In this document: piece by piece, positions 1 to 10,071 of the stretch
How the letters are laid out: every line of letters starts with the position of its first letter
Position numbering within the stretch: the first letter of the stretch is position 1
Source: Spirochaetia bacterium
Lineage (GTDB): Bacteria > Spirochaetota > Spirochaetia > UBA9216
Reading direction: 5' to 3'
Length of the DNA stretch: 64,000 nucleotides
Assembly: GCA_963675665.1 (NCBI GenBank)
Contig: OY776510.1
Coordinates: 4,416,001 to 4,480,000, forward strand
Translations under genes and position numbers: made by a program
The notes under the pieces: model-generated
Database searches by the model: none
What the model saw: the letters and a program-made list of their open reading frames with translations, nothing else
What the model was told of the DNA's origin: nothing

Positions 1-231
1 ATACGATATTGTAAATATTAATGTTTCAAAGATACTTGCAAAAATTAATACTATTCCGATAATCCTTACTATATCTGCTTCAGTTGGCACAACTGTTAGA
101 ATAGTCCCTACAACTAGTAAAATTGAATAAGTATATCGATAAGTAATATGAGCAGCTTTTTCTGCATTTTTAACAATTCTCTCATCAGTAACTATCAATT
201 CTTTCTTTTTTATTCTTCTATTATTAATTAT

Positions 232-1506
232 CATAGCTGTCCAAAACAATCATAACAGCTCCATTTGAAGTTTTAAGCCTGGCTCATTTCTGCCGGGCGG
301 CGGTAGTTTATTCAGAATATTCCAGAGATCTTTTCTGGTCGTCAGGATTGATGGAAGCAATTTCATAAGCGAATAATGAGTCCATCCACCGGAAGATAAC
401 ATCTTCAGATATTGCAGCATCAGATGAGTTATCAATGCTATCCAGATCTGAGTCATTACTGCATTTTTCGTCGTTCCAAAAAACTTCTTTATTTTCAGGT
501 TCTGTTTGATTGTTTTGAAGAATATTTCTATCTGCCATCTGTCCTTATAGACAGCAGCAACTGTTGTAGGTGCCCAATCAAGCTGATTTGTAAGAATTAC
601 AATATATTTTCCTGTTTCCGGATCTTTTATTCTAATTCGCCGTAATTGGAGTGGACACTTCTTGCTGGTGTAGTATCCTCGCATTTCAATTATTTGATCT
701 GATGAAATATTTTCATATTTTGAAACATTATTTCTTTGAAAAACTTTATAATCTGCATTCTTTTTCATACGAGTAATAAAATAAATGCCTGCAATACAAT
801 AACTTGCAAATAATTTGAAATCTGTATAGGCCCGATCGAATGCAACTACATCACCTTTATTGAATTTCATTTTCTTGAGTGAATTAAGCTCATGGGTTTG
901 AGCTGTTGTAACAGATACAAAGTCCGGAATATATCCGCTGTGATCAAGTTTTACATTAAGTTTGATTCCGCCTTTATTCTTTCTAAACTTCGCCCATGGA
1001 AATACTGACAGGCATAAATCGATGGTTGTCGCATCAACACTGTACAGCGGATTTTTAAATCTATGCTTATGAGACCTTTTCATTTTAAGGATCTTTGTCA
1101 GCAGGTTATTGAATACATTTTCATAAATTTCTGAGGGTCTGTTGTTATTTGCATAGGAAAGTGTTGAGCGTTTAATCTTTTTTACCCCCAAATGATAAAG
1201 CATGTTTTTAATCGAATCCAATGCTGTTTCTATGCCTCTAAGTCCGGTCTGTCCTGTAAATTGGGCAAACAGCATTGAAACAAATTGTTCCCAACAGGAG
1301 AATCCTTTTGAAGCAAAATCTCCTTTATACTTTCTGACAGATCTTTCAAATTCATGTCTCGGAATGATTTGAAGTATCTGATTTAAAATGCTATTCTTAT
1401 AACTCATTGCCTGTTTTCCTTCCGTTGTAATGATTTAAGCTTGCCCGCTCAATTCATTATAACCAGGGATTCAGGCTATTAATAGTCCTTATTTTGGACA
1501 GCTATG
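232..1506 (-). mobile_element. IS4-family element, copy 1 (1275 bp)
   Basis: Terminal IR CATAGCTGTCCAAAA; 9-bp TSD ATTAATTAT at 223-231 and 1507-1515. Confidence 0.95.
250..1407 (-). CDS. IS4-family DDE transposase (DUF4372-type N-terminus)
   Basis: VDATTID, FDRAY and YKDRWQIEIFFK motifs. Confidence 0.93.
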   Translation of the reverse strand: MSYKNSILNQILQIIPRHEFERSVRKYKGDFASKGFSCWEQFVSMLFAQFTGQTGLRGIETALDSIKNMLYHLGVKKIKRSTLSYANNNRPSEIYENVFNNLLTKILKMKRSHKHRFKNPLYSVDATTIDLCLSVFPWAKFRKNKGGIKLNVKLDHSGYIPDFVSVTTAQTHELNSLKKMKFNKGDVVAFDRAYTDFKLFASYCIAGIYFITRMKKNADYKVFQRNNVSKYENISSDQIIEMRGYYTSKKCPLQLRRIRIKDPETGKYIVILTNQLDWAPTTVAAVYKDRWQIEIFFKTIKQNLKIKKFFGTTKNAVMTQIWIALITHLMLQYLKMLSSGGWTHYSLMKLLPSILTTRKDLWNILNKLPPPGRNEPGLKLQMELL

Positions 1507-1884
1507 ATTAATTATTAATAATAGAACCCCGGCGATAATTGCATATACAAGATAAAAATAACCAGGCAAACCAGGATAAAATTTCTCAATGATAAAACTT
1601 GATCCAATCACTATAAGAAAACTTATTGGTAAAAATTTATTATTCATAATTTACTCCTCTATATTAAATGTACAATCTCTTTTACATATTGTCAAATAGT
1701 TTTTACATTTGATTCTACACTAATTTTTAAAATGGTCTTTATCATTTTAAAACCCGATTTTTATTATTGATCTATATACGAAGAAATTGTTTCAAATACT
1801 GGTTTCTTAAATTTAACTCATAGAAAAACCCTACAAGAATTATCTTTTTCCAAAGATATTAAAATCTTAGTAACATTAAGTTAC

Positions 1885-2026
1885 TTATAACGAAAATTTT
1901 AGCTGCCTGGCGGCGCGAGTCTTTCGAGCGCATTGGCGTGATTCTGGAGTGTAGCGCGATCAGCGCGAAACGTCTTCAGCCAGAATCATGACAATAGCCA
2001 GGACTGCTCCAAAACTTTTGTTATGT
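1885..2026 (-). repeat. attC site 1
   Basis: TTATAAC...GTTATGT, imperfect palindrome of the array family. Confidence 0.9.
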
Positions 2027-2040
2027 ACTAATCTTTCTTC

Positions 2041-2463
2041 TTAAATTTCTTCATCAATATTCATCTCAAGAAATTCTGTAGCAGTTATTGCGGGTAATTT
2101 ACTTCCTTTATAATCATCTTTGTTTCTCGTTATTATAAAATCAATTTCATTATTTTCAGAAGCAATATACTGTATTGAGTCTTCAAAATCTGGAGCATCT
2201 GAATACAAAGCTTCATCAATGATTTCTTCATTTAAAGTTAATATTGAAAGCATTTTTCTTATTTTCCTTAAATTTAATATTGATTTATTCTTTCCTGCAT
2301 ATTTCGTCATAATATAGTGTACATTCGCTATTACAATTGGAGTGGTAAATCCTTTAAATTTTCTTTTTTCAAGTAGAGTGAATAACAGTGCAGAACTCTC
2401 ATATTCATTTCTCTTAATTAATAAATCTAGAATAATATCCGAATCGATAAATAATTTAATCAT
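2041..2463 (-). CDS. PIN-domain (VapC-like) toxin
   Basis: IDSDIILD N-terminus; DFEDSIQ...IITRNKDDY. Confidence 0.88.
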   Translation of the reverse strand: MIKLFIDSDIILDLLIKRNEYESSALLFTLLEKRKFKGFTTPIVIANVHYIMTKYAGKNKSILNLRKIRKMLSILTLNEEIIDEALYSDAPDFEDSIQYIASENNEIDFIITRNKDDYKGSKLPAITATEFLEMNIDEEI

Positions 2464-2710
2464 GTAGATACCGACTTTCGAGATATTCCATTTTTTCTTT
2501 CTTATAGTCGAAATCTTCTGGAACGTCTATTGTACCCATTAATTCCATCACCAAAGGAGATACTTCTTTTTCTTTATTCTTTCTACTTGATGTTAATAAT
2601 CTAAAATAATTCTCAACCAATTGTGATAGTGATTCATTCTTATCTTCAGCATACGCTTTTGCTTTCTCAATTATCGTATCATCAACTGAAAGTGTTAATT
2701 TCTTATTCAT
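2456..2710 (-). CDS. RHH antitoxin (DUF6364-like)
   Basis: KLTLSVDDTIIEKAKAYA...SLSQLVENYF; overlaps the PIN gene. Confidence 0.85.
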   Translation of the reverse strand: MNKKLTLSVDDTIIEKAKAYAEDKNESLSQLVENYFRLLTSSRKNKEKEVSPLVMELMGTIDVPEDFDYKKEKMEYLESRYLHD

Positions 2711-2874
2711 TTCAGCCTCCTACGTAAGAATATACCATATTTTATACGTAAAGACAACTAAATCTATTTATAGCTATTTCAATAAAGCCCTTTTAAGCTT
2801 ATTTCTTAATATAATAAGGATTTATTCACTAAATCTATATTTCAAACAAAGCTATTTAAATCCATTTTTTGTGT

Positions 2875-3013
2875 ACATAACGACGTTTTGAGTAGCAAAA
2901 TTGTTCCGCGTCTCCGCGGAATTGGCGCGATTCTGGAGTGAGGCCCATTGGCCGAACGTCTTTAGCCAGAATCGTGACAATAAATTTTGACTACTCCAAA
3001 TCTCTTGTTATGA
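2875..3013 (-). repeat. attC site 2
   Basis: ACATAAC...GTTATGA. Confidence 0.9.
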
Positions 3014-3035
3014 ATATTCCTTTTTCTTAATAAAT

Positions 3036-3275
3036 TTCTTCGATTCTTCGATTCTTCGATTCTTCGATTCTTCGATTCTTCGATTCTTCGATTCTTCGAT
3101 TCTTCGATTCTTCGATTCTTCAATTCTTCAATTCTTCGATTCTTCGATTCTTCGATTCTTCGATTCTTCGATTCTTCGATTCTTCGATTCTTCGATTCTT
3201 CAATTCTTCAATTCTTCAATTCTTCAATTCTTCAATTCTTCAATTCTTCAATTCTTCAATTCTTCAATTCTTCAA
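3036..3275. repeat. Octamer tandem repeat, 30 units of TTCTTC(G/A)A
   Basis: Counted as 10 CGA, 2 CAA, 8 CGA, 10 CAA units. Confidence 0.95.
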
Positions 3276-3311
3276 TTAAAAGAATACGTATTTTATAAAA
3301 GCTTGTGTCTA

Positions 3312-3635
3312 CTACCGTAGTTGTCTTTTCATCAAAATTTCTTCAATATTTCTTCTTCCATCTATTATCGCCAATATCAAAATTCTATTTTCTTCAATTC
3401 GATACATCATTCGCCAGGGATTTACAATCATTTCTCTAAATTTCGTTATATTTTCATTTTGTAATTCTGGAATAATTCTTCCTTGTTTGGGAAAGGCTGC
3501 AATTTCTTTAGCTGTTTCTTTTATTCTTTCATATTGCTTTATTGCTATATCTACAGAATCTGCTGCTATATAGGTGATTATTTCATCTAAATCATTTAAG
3601 GCGGGTTTTGTCCAAATTACTTTATTATTACCCAT
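3312..3635 (-). CDS. RelE/ParE-family toxin
   Basis: VIWTKPALNDLDEI...FPKQGRIIPE...WRMMYRI...IDGRR. Confidence 0.88.
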   Translation of the reverse strand: MGNNKVIWTKPALNDLDEIITYIAADSVDIAIKQYERIKETAKEIAAFPKQGRIIPELQNENITKFREMIVNPWRMMYRIEENRILILAIIDGRRNIEEILMKRQLR

Positions 3636-3636
3636 T

Positions 3637-3924
3637 TTATTCTTTTTCTTTTAATTTCTTTAATTTTTCTTCCATGTAGTCAAATACTTCTTCTTGACTA
3701 TATACTTGTCCTTCTTCTGCAGCCTTTTCACCTTCTGCAAGAACTTTCAAGATACCCAAACTATTACGCATATCCTGATATGATTCTGTATCTAACAATA
3801 CTGCTTTTGCTTCTCCATTTTGTGTGATTACTATTGGATTGTGTGTTTCATTCACTCGTTTTAGCATATCTGCAGCGTTTGTTTTTATATATGAGATTGG
3901 CTTGATATCTTCTCTTAAATTCAT
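3637..3924 (-). CDS. Phd/YefM-family antitoxin
   Basis: IKPISYIK...PIVITQNGEAKAVL. Confidence 0.9.
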   Translation of the reverse strand: MNLREDIKPISYIKTNAADMLKRVNETHNPIVITQNGEAKAVLLDTESYQDMRNSLGILKVLAEGEKAAEEGQVYSQEEVFDYMEEKLKKLKEKE

Positions 3925-3986
3925 TGATTGGCCCCCAAGTGCATATATTGTACCACATTTAGACTAATCCATCAATCCGGAATTAT

Positions 3987-4119
3987 TCATAACGACGAAA
4001 TCAGTAGCAAAATCGGCCGAGTCTTCGAGGCTTGGCGCGGTTCTGGAACGTAGCGCGATCAGCGCGAAGTGTCTCCGCCAGAACCGTAACAAAGATTTTG
4101 ACTACTGCATTTCATTTGT
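3987..4119 (-). repeat. attC site 3, inverse core box interrupted by IS481 (GTTATAT completed at 5333-5339)
   Basis: TCATAAC...CATTTGT, then IS, then CATTTGTTATAT. Confidence 0.88.
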
Positions 4120-5329
4120 TGTTTAGTGAGAGTATTTCCCTGACACTCACCCCGAAAAATATATAATTTCATTATGCGGCAGTGCCGCCATTGTCCTCGT
4201 CTTTTTCTACTTCCTCAAGGAATACCTGAAAGGGTATTCTACCCTTCATATTGCGTCCTTGATGTGCTCGTTCATTATTGTAGTACTCCAGAAACTTATC
4301 CAGATCTTCCTGCATCTCAGATAATGATTCGTAATATTTTTCACGACCTTTAATTCTAAAATGCTCATCAAGTAAAGTTCTGTGAAGCCGCTCAACAAAT
4401 CCATTACTTTGCGGTCTGCAGACCTTTGTTGTCCTATGCTCTATATCTTCAAGCTGAAGGAATAATTCGAAAGGATGATGGTCCGGTCTTCCGCAGTACT
4501 CACGTCCATTGTCGGTAAGCACATTCTTAACCTTCACATTATGTTCCTCGAAAAAAGGCAGAACATCATTATTTATTACCTGAACTGCAGTCACCGGCAG
4601 CTTATTTGTATACAGCCTTCCCCAGGCATGACGACTATGACAATCAATCACTGTTTGTAAATATATTTTCCCTATTCCTTTCAGATGTCCGACCATAAAG
4701 GTATCTATCGAAACGAGATAACCAGTATGCTTTGTTTCGATGTGTCTCTCTCTGAACTCAGGATTAAATCTTTCAAGTAGTTTTATCTGGTCATCATTAA
4801 GCTTGAATTTTTTGTTCTTCAATTTTTCTTCCAAGCGTAAAAGTCGCTGGTGGCGGGTTTCCATTTTATGTCTAACCCATACTCCACGGACCCCGCCGGA
4901 GCTTACATTCACACCCTTCAAAGCAAGCTGCTGAGAAACTCTCAGACAACCATGAGTTGGGAACTCCAAACTATAATCCAGAATCTCTTTTTCAATTTCA
5001 GGTGCTACTCGATTTGGATGTGGATTCCGTGGTCCTGGTAAGCTGTCGATTAATCCCTGAGATCCGTAGGTTTGATAATTACGTCTTATCTCATAAAATT
5101 GCTGCCGGGAATAACCCATAATTCGACATGCCTTACTTACATTTCCTAAATCTTCTGCAAGCTCTAACATACTCATCTTTCGTCTCGCAGCTTTCTGTGC
5201 TACAGTCTTGTTGGTGGCCATTTGCTCCTCCTGATAAATGTTTTTGTGGTGAAATCATTATATCTTTCGGAGGTGTTTTGGCCACCTATTTTTTAGCCAA
5301 CTGTCAGGTTAATACGATCACTGTTCACA
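4120..5329 (-). mobile_element. IS481-family element inserted in the attC end
   Basis: TGT...ACA ends; imperfect IR AGTGAGAGTATTTCCCTGACA vs AGTGATCGTATTAACCTGACA; target duplication TTTGT (CATTTGT if the right end is 5327). Confidence 0.88.
4172..5221 (-). CDS. IS481-family transposase
   Basis: N-terminal HTH (NVSKACRIMG); rve core DTF / TDNGREY / PQSNGFVERLH. Confidence 0.93.
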   Translation of the reverse strand: MATNKTVAQKAARRKMSMLELAEDLGNVSKACRIMGYSRQQFYEIRRNYQTYGSQGLIDSLPGPRNPHPNRVAPEIEKEILDYSLEFPTHGCLRVSQQLALKGVNVSSGGVRGVWVRHKMETRHQRLLRLEEKLKNKKFKLNDDQIKLLERFNPEFRERHIETKHTGYLVSIDTFMVGHLKGIGKIYLQTVIDCHSRHAWGRLYTNKLPVTAVQVINNDVLPFFEEHNVKVKNVLTDNGREYCGRPDHHPFELFLQLEDIEHRTTKVCRPQSNGFVERLHRTLLDEHFRIKGREKYYESLSEMQEDLDKFLEYYNNERAHQGRNMKGRIPFQVFLEEVEKDEDNGGTAA

Positions 5330-5348
5330 TTTGTTATATTTTTGTCTT

Positions 5349-6671
5349 TCATAATAAGTTTTCAATATCATCAAGTGATAATTTCTCATATTCAATATCA
5401 TATCCTGGATATTTCATTATTAAATTCTTTGCTTTTTCCTTTAATTTTTCCATTTTTATCTTATCTTTATTTATCTTTACTTCTGTAATTATCAACTTCT
5501 TTTCAATTTCATCTATTGCAACTATATCTATTTCATTCTTATTTCCTTTTTCCCAATATGTACCTATCAATCCGAGATTAGGATTTTCTTTTTTTATCTC
5601 GATAAACAATTTTTCTAAAATTGGTCCAGAATATGTACTTAAATCTTTTTCTATAATTTTCTTTATTAATTCATATCGTTCATCCTCTATTAGCCTTATA
5701 TTTTTATAAATATATCTAAACCAGAATTTTATAAAATTATCCTTTACTCCATACTTTTGACTTTTTCCATTTTTCTTACTTCCAACTGGTTTTATTTTTT
5801 CAATTACATCATATTCTACTTCTAACTTTTCTAAATACCCGCCTATACTTTTTTCTAATATGGATTCTATTTCACTTCGAGAAGTACGCCCAACTGAAAT
5901 CATCTCCAATATTGAAAAATATATTCCATAATCCTTTCCAAATTCTTGAATTAATAAATTCTTTCCTTCTCCTATAAAAAAAGAGTCCTTTTCCAATATC
6001 AAATCAAGTATTTTATCAAAGCTATAACATTTTTCTTTTACCAATATTTCTTGGTATCTTGGCACTCCACCTGTTATTAAATAATTATAAAAAAGATTTT
6101 CTTTGCTGTAAGCATTATTATCAATTAATATTTCTTTTATAACATTCACTTCAAACGGTTTTATATATAAAATTCTATCTGCCCTTCCATATAAAGGTTC
6201 TTTCGAATTTTGAAAGATTCGTATCATCATTGAGTATATCGAACCTATAAATATTACATGGACTTTTGTATCAAATTTATATTTATCCCATAAATTTTGT
6301 ATTTCTGAATAAATACTCGAATTTATATTATTAAACTCCTGAAACTCATCTATTATTAATACATAAGGATTGTCTTTTCCAAATTTCAATAATTGCTCGA
6401 ATAACTTTGTGAAACTCTTTACTTCTCCAATTATTTCCTGATCAGTAAATTTTTCATATTCTTCTTTCAATTCTTCACACAATAACGGTTCAGCTTTTTT
6501 ACTTGTAAAGAAATATAGGTGCTTTTTATCTTTGGCAAATTCTTTTGATAACAGTGTTTTCCCTACACGACGTCTACCTGTTAAAACAGTTATTGCTCCG
6601 TATGATTCTTCACATTTCGAGTATATATCGTTTAATATTGTTAATTCTTTATCACGGTCATAAAACCGCAT
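5349..6671 (-). CDS. ATPase_2 (archaeal-type AAA) + DUF234 PD-(D/E)XK-fold protein
   Basis: FYDRDKEL; Walker A GRRRVGKT; Walker B IIDEFQ; C-terminal EIDIVA..EVK. Confidence 0.88.
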   Translation of the reverse strand: MRFYDRDKELTILNDIYSKCEESYGAITVLTGRRRVGKTLLSKEFAKDKKHLYFFTSKKAEPLLCEELKEEYEKFTDQEIIGEVKSFTKLFEQLLKFGKDNPYVLIIDEFQEFNNINSSIYSEIQNLWDKYKFDTKVHVIFIGSIYSMMIRIFQNSKEPLYGRADRILYIKPFEVNVIKEILIDNNAYSKENLFYNYLITGGVPRYQEILVKEKCYSFDKILDLILEKDSFFIGEGKNLLIQEFGKDYGIYFSILEMISVGRTSRSEIESILEKSIGGYLEKLEVEYDVIEKIKPVGSKKNGKSQKYGVKDNFIKFWFRYIYKNIRLIEDERYELIKKIIEKDLSTYSGPILEKLFIEIKKENPNLGLIGTYWEKGNKNEIDIVAIDEIEKKLIITEVKINKDKIKMEKLKEKAKNLIMKYPGYDIEYEKLSLDDIENLL

Positions 6672-6735
6672 AGCAACCTCCGTTACTGTAACAGTTATTG
6701 CTATTATAATATCCTTATCACGGAGTTGTCAATAA

Positions 6736-6876
6736 ATATAACGACGTTTTGAGCTGCCTGGCGGCGCGAGTCTTTCGAGCGCATTGGCGTGATTCTGGAG
6801 TGTAGCGCGATCAGCGCGGAACGTCTCCGCCAGAATCATGACAATAGCCAGGACTGCTCCAAAACTTTTGTTATGC
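6736..6876 (-). repeat. attC site 4
   Basis: ATATAAC...GTTATGC. Confidence 0.9.
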
Positions 6877-6963
6877 GAATTTCCAATATATCTAATATTT
6901 TGTTCATTAAGATTTTTCGTTTTGATAAATCCTTATCTTTCTTAATAATAAATTGCGAAAGGG

Positions 6964-7359
6964 TTATTCGTTTGATAATTCTGCCAATACTTTATTATAA
7001 ATATCCTCAGCAAATTTTTTATAATTGGATGCTGTCTTTATACTTGGTTTTCCAGTTGGTATTAAGCCCAAATCTGATGGATATCTTGTTTCTGTATATA
7101 CTTCACTAATTTCCATTAGTAAATTTTTATCAAGGTCAATTTTTATATACTTTTCAATCAATTCTTTCAATTTTATAATATTATGGATTCTTGGGACTTT
7201 TGATTCATATTGTTCTAAAACGGCTTTAAAACTTTTTTCAACTGCTTGTTCAGCATGAAAAGCTATCATATTGGTTAGACTTTCGTCTTCTCTAATTTTC
7301 TCTATTAATCTTATATCATCAGAAGCCGCATCTAACCAATTTTCAACTTGCTTTTTCAT
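6964..7359 (-). CDS. HEPN-domain toxin
   Basis: FHAEQAVEKSFKA...PRIHNI...ETRYP; start reassigned to MKKQ, overlapping the MNT gene. Confidence 0.87.
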   Translation of the reverse strand: MKKQVENWLDAASDDIRLIEKIREDESLTNMIAFHAEQAVEKSFKAVLEQYESKVPRIHNIIKLKELIEKYIKIDLDKNLLMEISEVYTETRYPSDLGLIPTGKPSIKTASNYKKFAEDIYNKVLAELSNE

Positions 7360-7678
7360 AAAGAATTTTTCCTGTCTCAGAAATTTCATTATAAAAGGAT
7401 GTCTGATTATTCTTGATAAGATCATATTCGGCTTCTGTATAAACCACCAAATCTATTGCTTTTTTTCTGGATAACTCATATATACAGTTTCTGACCATCA
7501 ATTTATTAGCCATTCTCTTTTCATAAGTATCCGGTATTTCATTAGAATCAAGAATTACTATCAAATCTATATCGCTATCATCAGTATATGTTTCACTCGC
7601 ATAAGATCCAAAAAGGATTATATACTTGGTATCGAGTTTTTTTATATTATTCACAATATCTGATATTATGGCTTCCAT
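7343..7678 (-). CDS. Minimal nucleotidyltransferase (MNT) antitoxin
   Basis: LFGSYA...DSDIDL motif. Confidence 0.88.
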   Translation of the reverse strand: MEAIISDIVNNIKKLDTKYIILFGSYASETYTDDSDIDLIVILDSNEIPDTYEKRMANKLMVRNCIYELSRKKAIDLVVYTEAEYDLIKNNQTSFYNEISETGKILYEKAS

Positions 7679-7824
7679 ATTTCATTTATACTATAAATTC
7701 TTGTTTCTTTCCATATTTTTATAAAATCATAGTAAAAATTGACTCAAGTTCTCTTATTTCATGCCAATTCGCTATTTTTCTTTACATTTTTGGATTAGAA
7801 CACACTTTTTCAGTAAAATTCCTT

Positions 7825-8631
7825 TTAATCCTTTATAAAATTCCTTTTCCTGTTATAGAATATCTCAATATATTCGAACACGCCAGCTTTTAATTCTTCC
7901 ACAGATTTGTAATTATTCGGATAGATCATCTCTACCTTCAATCTGCTGAAGAAGGATTCCATTGATGCGTTATCCCAGCAATCACCTTTACGACTCATGC
8001 TGATTTGACATCCGAAAGATCGGACATAATCTATATAATCCTGTGCTCTATACTGCACTCCTCTATCTGAATGCAGTATTGGTGCTTTATCAAAATGGCG
8101 TCTTCCCATCGCTACTGATAATGCTTCTTTTATCAAATCCTCAGTCATATATTCTCTTAATGCCCAGCCTACTATCTTTCTTGAATATAAGTCCATGACA
8201 ACTGCCAGGTACATCCATTTTTCTTTCACCCAAATATAAGTGATATCAGAAGTCCATTTCTCATTGGGCTTTGATGCTTTGAAATTTCTAAACAAAATGT
8301 TCTCAAATACATTATTCATTGATAGACTTCTTCGTGGATACTTGAAACCCTTTCCATTTAATGCTTTTATTTCATTTTCCTTCATGATTTTAGCTATATA
8401 ATTCTCACTGCATTTATAACCTAACCCATTCAGTTCCTCGGCTATACGTCTTGAGCCATAAACAGCTTTGAAGTCTTCGTAGGTATCTAAAACAAGTTTT
8501 GTATATTTATCTTCTTTTTCTTTTCTTTTTGAGGTTTCACAGTTAATCCATTTATAAAATCCTGAACGAGCAACTCTGAGAACACGGCACATTAACGTTA
8601 TTGGATATTGACCTATATGATGATCTATCAC
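7825..8631 (-). CDS. IS3 OrfB transposase core, C-terminally truncated
   Basis: WTSDITYI, HSDRGVQY, WDNASMESFF. Confidence 0.88.
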   Translation of the reverse strand: MIDHHIGQYPITLMCRVLRVARSGFYKWINCETSKRKEKEDKYTKLVLDTYEDFKAVYGSRRIAEELNGLGYKCSENYIAKIMKENEIKALNGKGFKYPRRSLSMNNVFENILFRNFKASKPNEKWTSDITYIWVKEKWMYLAVVMDLYSRKIVGWALREYMTEDLIKEALSVAMGRRHFDKAPILHSDRGVQYRAQDYIDYVRSFGCQISMSRKGDCWDNASMESFFSRLKVEMIYPNNYKSVEELKAGVFEYIEIFYNRKRNFIKD

Positions 8632-8639
8632 AGCGTACT

Positions 8640-8948
8640 TTACTCCTGGTCGTTCGCAAAGTACGCAGCAGCTTTTTTTAAGAAAGAGATCTCATCCTTT
8701 AGGCGTTTATTTTCTCTTTTGAGTTCCCTCAATTCTTCACTTTCTTTTTTTGAATAATCTACTCCATCAACAGTTTTGAATTGCCGGCCTGTTAATTTAT
8801 TGTACTGTCTTTTCCAATTGTAGATCTGCTGAACGGTGATACCTAATTCTTCGGATACCTGCTTTGCAGTAACCCCTTCTTTTTCAGACCGTCTGACGGC
8901 CTCTTTTCGGAACTCTTCTGTGTACGCTTGTACTTTTCTCTTTCCCAT
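8640..8948 (-). CDS. IS3 OrfA (HTH_Tnp_1)
   Basis: YTEEFRKEAV...ELGIT...LKKAAAYFA. Confidence 0.9.
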   Translation of the reverse strand: MGKRKVQAYTEEFRKEAVRRSEKEGVTAKQVSEELGITVQQIYNWKRQYNKLTGRQFKTVDGVDYSKKESEELRELKRENKRLKDEISFLKKAAAYFANDQE

Positions 8949-9012
8949 ATGACACCCCTTAATAGTTTAAATCTAACTACAGCAGGTGTCCACTAATCGT
9001 GGGGCAGTCGGT

Positions 9013-9151
9013 ATTTAACGACGTTTTGAGTAGCAAAATTGTTCGGCGTCTTCGCCGAATTGGCGCGATTCTGGAGTGAGGGCCATTGCCCGAACGTCTT
9101 TAGCCAGAATCGTGACAATAAATTTTGACTACTCCAAATCTCTTGTTATAA
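9013..9151 (-). repeat. attC site 5
   Basis: ATTTAAC...GTTATAA. Confidence 0.9.
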
Positions 9152-9292
9152 GGATACGCCTCTTTTGCTTTTGCTACATCATTTTTATAAACTTCTTAAA
9201 ACTGTCTTTTATTAATAATCCCCTAAAATGCGCTTCCACTGGTGCTTTTCTTCTATTCCCCCAGGTCTCGCTACCATTGGGATTTATAAATC

Positions 9293-9565
9293 TTAATTAT
9301 ACGCATCCTTTCTATCTTCAATATCAACGATATATACATAGATTTTATCATCATCTATTTCATAAAACAGTCGGGATTTTCCAATTCTGTATCTATACAT
9401 TCCGGCGAGTTCACCCTTTAATTTCTTTATATTGTTTCCAAAGTATGGGTTCTTACGTAGAATAGGATATACATAATCGGTGATTTTCTTATATAAATTC
9501 TTATATTTTGTTTTAATGATTTTTTTCTGAAAATTTTCACTTTCAGCAATCTTAAATTTATCCAA
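9293..9565 (-). CDS. RelE-family toxin
   Basis: IKKLKGE..YRYRIG..RLFYEI...IEDRKDAY. Confidence 0.88.
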   Translation of the reverse strand: MDKFKIAESENFQKKIIKTKYKNLYKKITDYVYPILRKNPYFGNNIKKLKGELAGMYRYRIGKSRLFYEIDDDKIYVYIVDIEDRKDAYN

Positions 9566-9800
9566 CGATCCGATACTTCCCTTCTTTTATTTCTTTTCTA
9601 CCCTGTTTCAAGCTCTTAAGAAGGTTTTCATCATTCATGATTTCATCCATTTCATTATCACTTACGAAACTTTCTTCTGTAAGAAATGCAATTGTTGCAT
9701 ATTCAATGAAATTCGATATAGATCGTCTATCACCATCAGCTGCTATTTTTATAAGATTGTATATGTCATCATCCACACGCATTGTAATCGTTTTAGCCAT
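9558..9800 (-). CDS. RHH/CopG-type antitoxin
   Basis: KTITMRVDD...RSISNFIE; overlaps the toxin gene. Confidence 0.82.
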   Translation of the reverse strand: MAKTITMRVDDDIYNLIKIAADGDRRSISNFIEYATIAFLTEESFVSDNEMDEIMNDENLLKSLKQGRKEIKEGKYRIVG

Positions 9801-9918
9801 AATTGACTCCTTTATTCAAATTTATTCTTAAATATTCGTTTTGTCAATAAAAACTGTTGATTCTTTATATTCTTAAATTCGCCGGAGGCGGATGTACTCT
9901 ATAACACATCGTTTATAC

Positions 9919-10058
9919 ACATAACGACGAAATCAGTAGCGAAACCGTGCCGAGTCTTCGAGGCTTGGCGCAGTTCTGGAACGTAGCGCGATCAGCGCGG
10001 AGTGTCTTTAGCCAGAACTGTGACAAAGGTTTTGACTACTGCATTTCTTTTGTTAAAT
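9919..10058 (-). repeat. attC site 6
   Basis: ACATAAC...GTTAAAT. Confidence 0.9.
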
Positions 10059-10071
10059 GTTGATTTTCTCT

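Larger units (their letters stand above)
1..1647 (-). pseudogene. DUF2178-like membrane protein, cassette gene interrupted by IS4 (3' end runs off the window)
   Basis: Removing IS 232-1506 and one TSD restores the frame MNNKFLPISF...LLLIINNRRIKKKELIVTDERIVKNAEKAAHITY...; hydrophobic helices and a DER motif. Confidence 0.7.
7825..9010 (-). mobile_element. Truncated IS3-family element (orfA/orfB)
   Basis: IR-like end GACTGCCCCACGATTAGTGGACAC next to attC 5; A7G slippery site at ~8672-8679; OrfB stops at NRKR and no second IR is seen. Confidence 0.82.

Noticed and set aside
6789-7109. Plus-strand ORFs starting in attC repeats (also 9076, 12408, 15070, 18122, 24466, 29612, 30764)
   Set aside because: These are translations of the repeat or antisense shadows of real genes; their mutual similarity reflects the attC DNA.
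9866-9881. Recurring TTCTTAAATT(C/T) motif in cassette non-coding DNA
   Set aside because: Low-complexity motif in very AT-rich DNA; it cannot be distinguished from chance without statistics.
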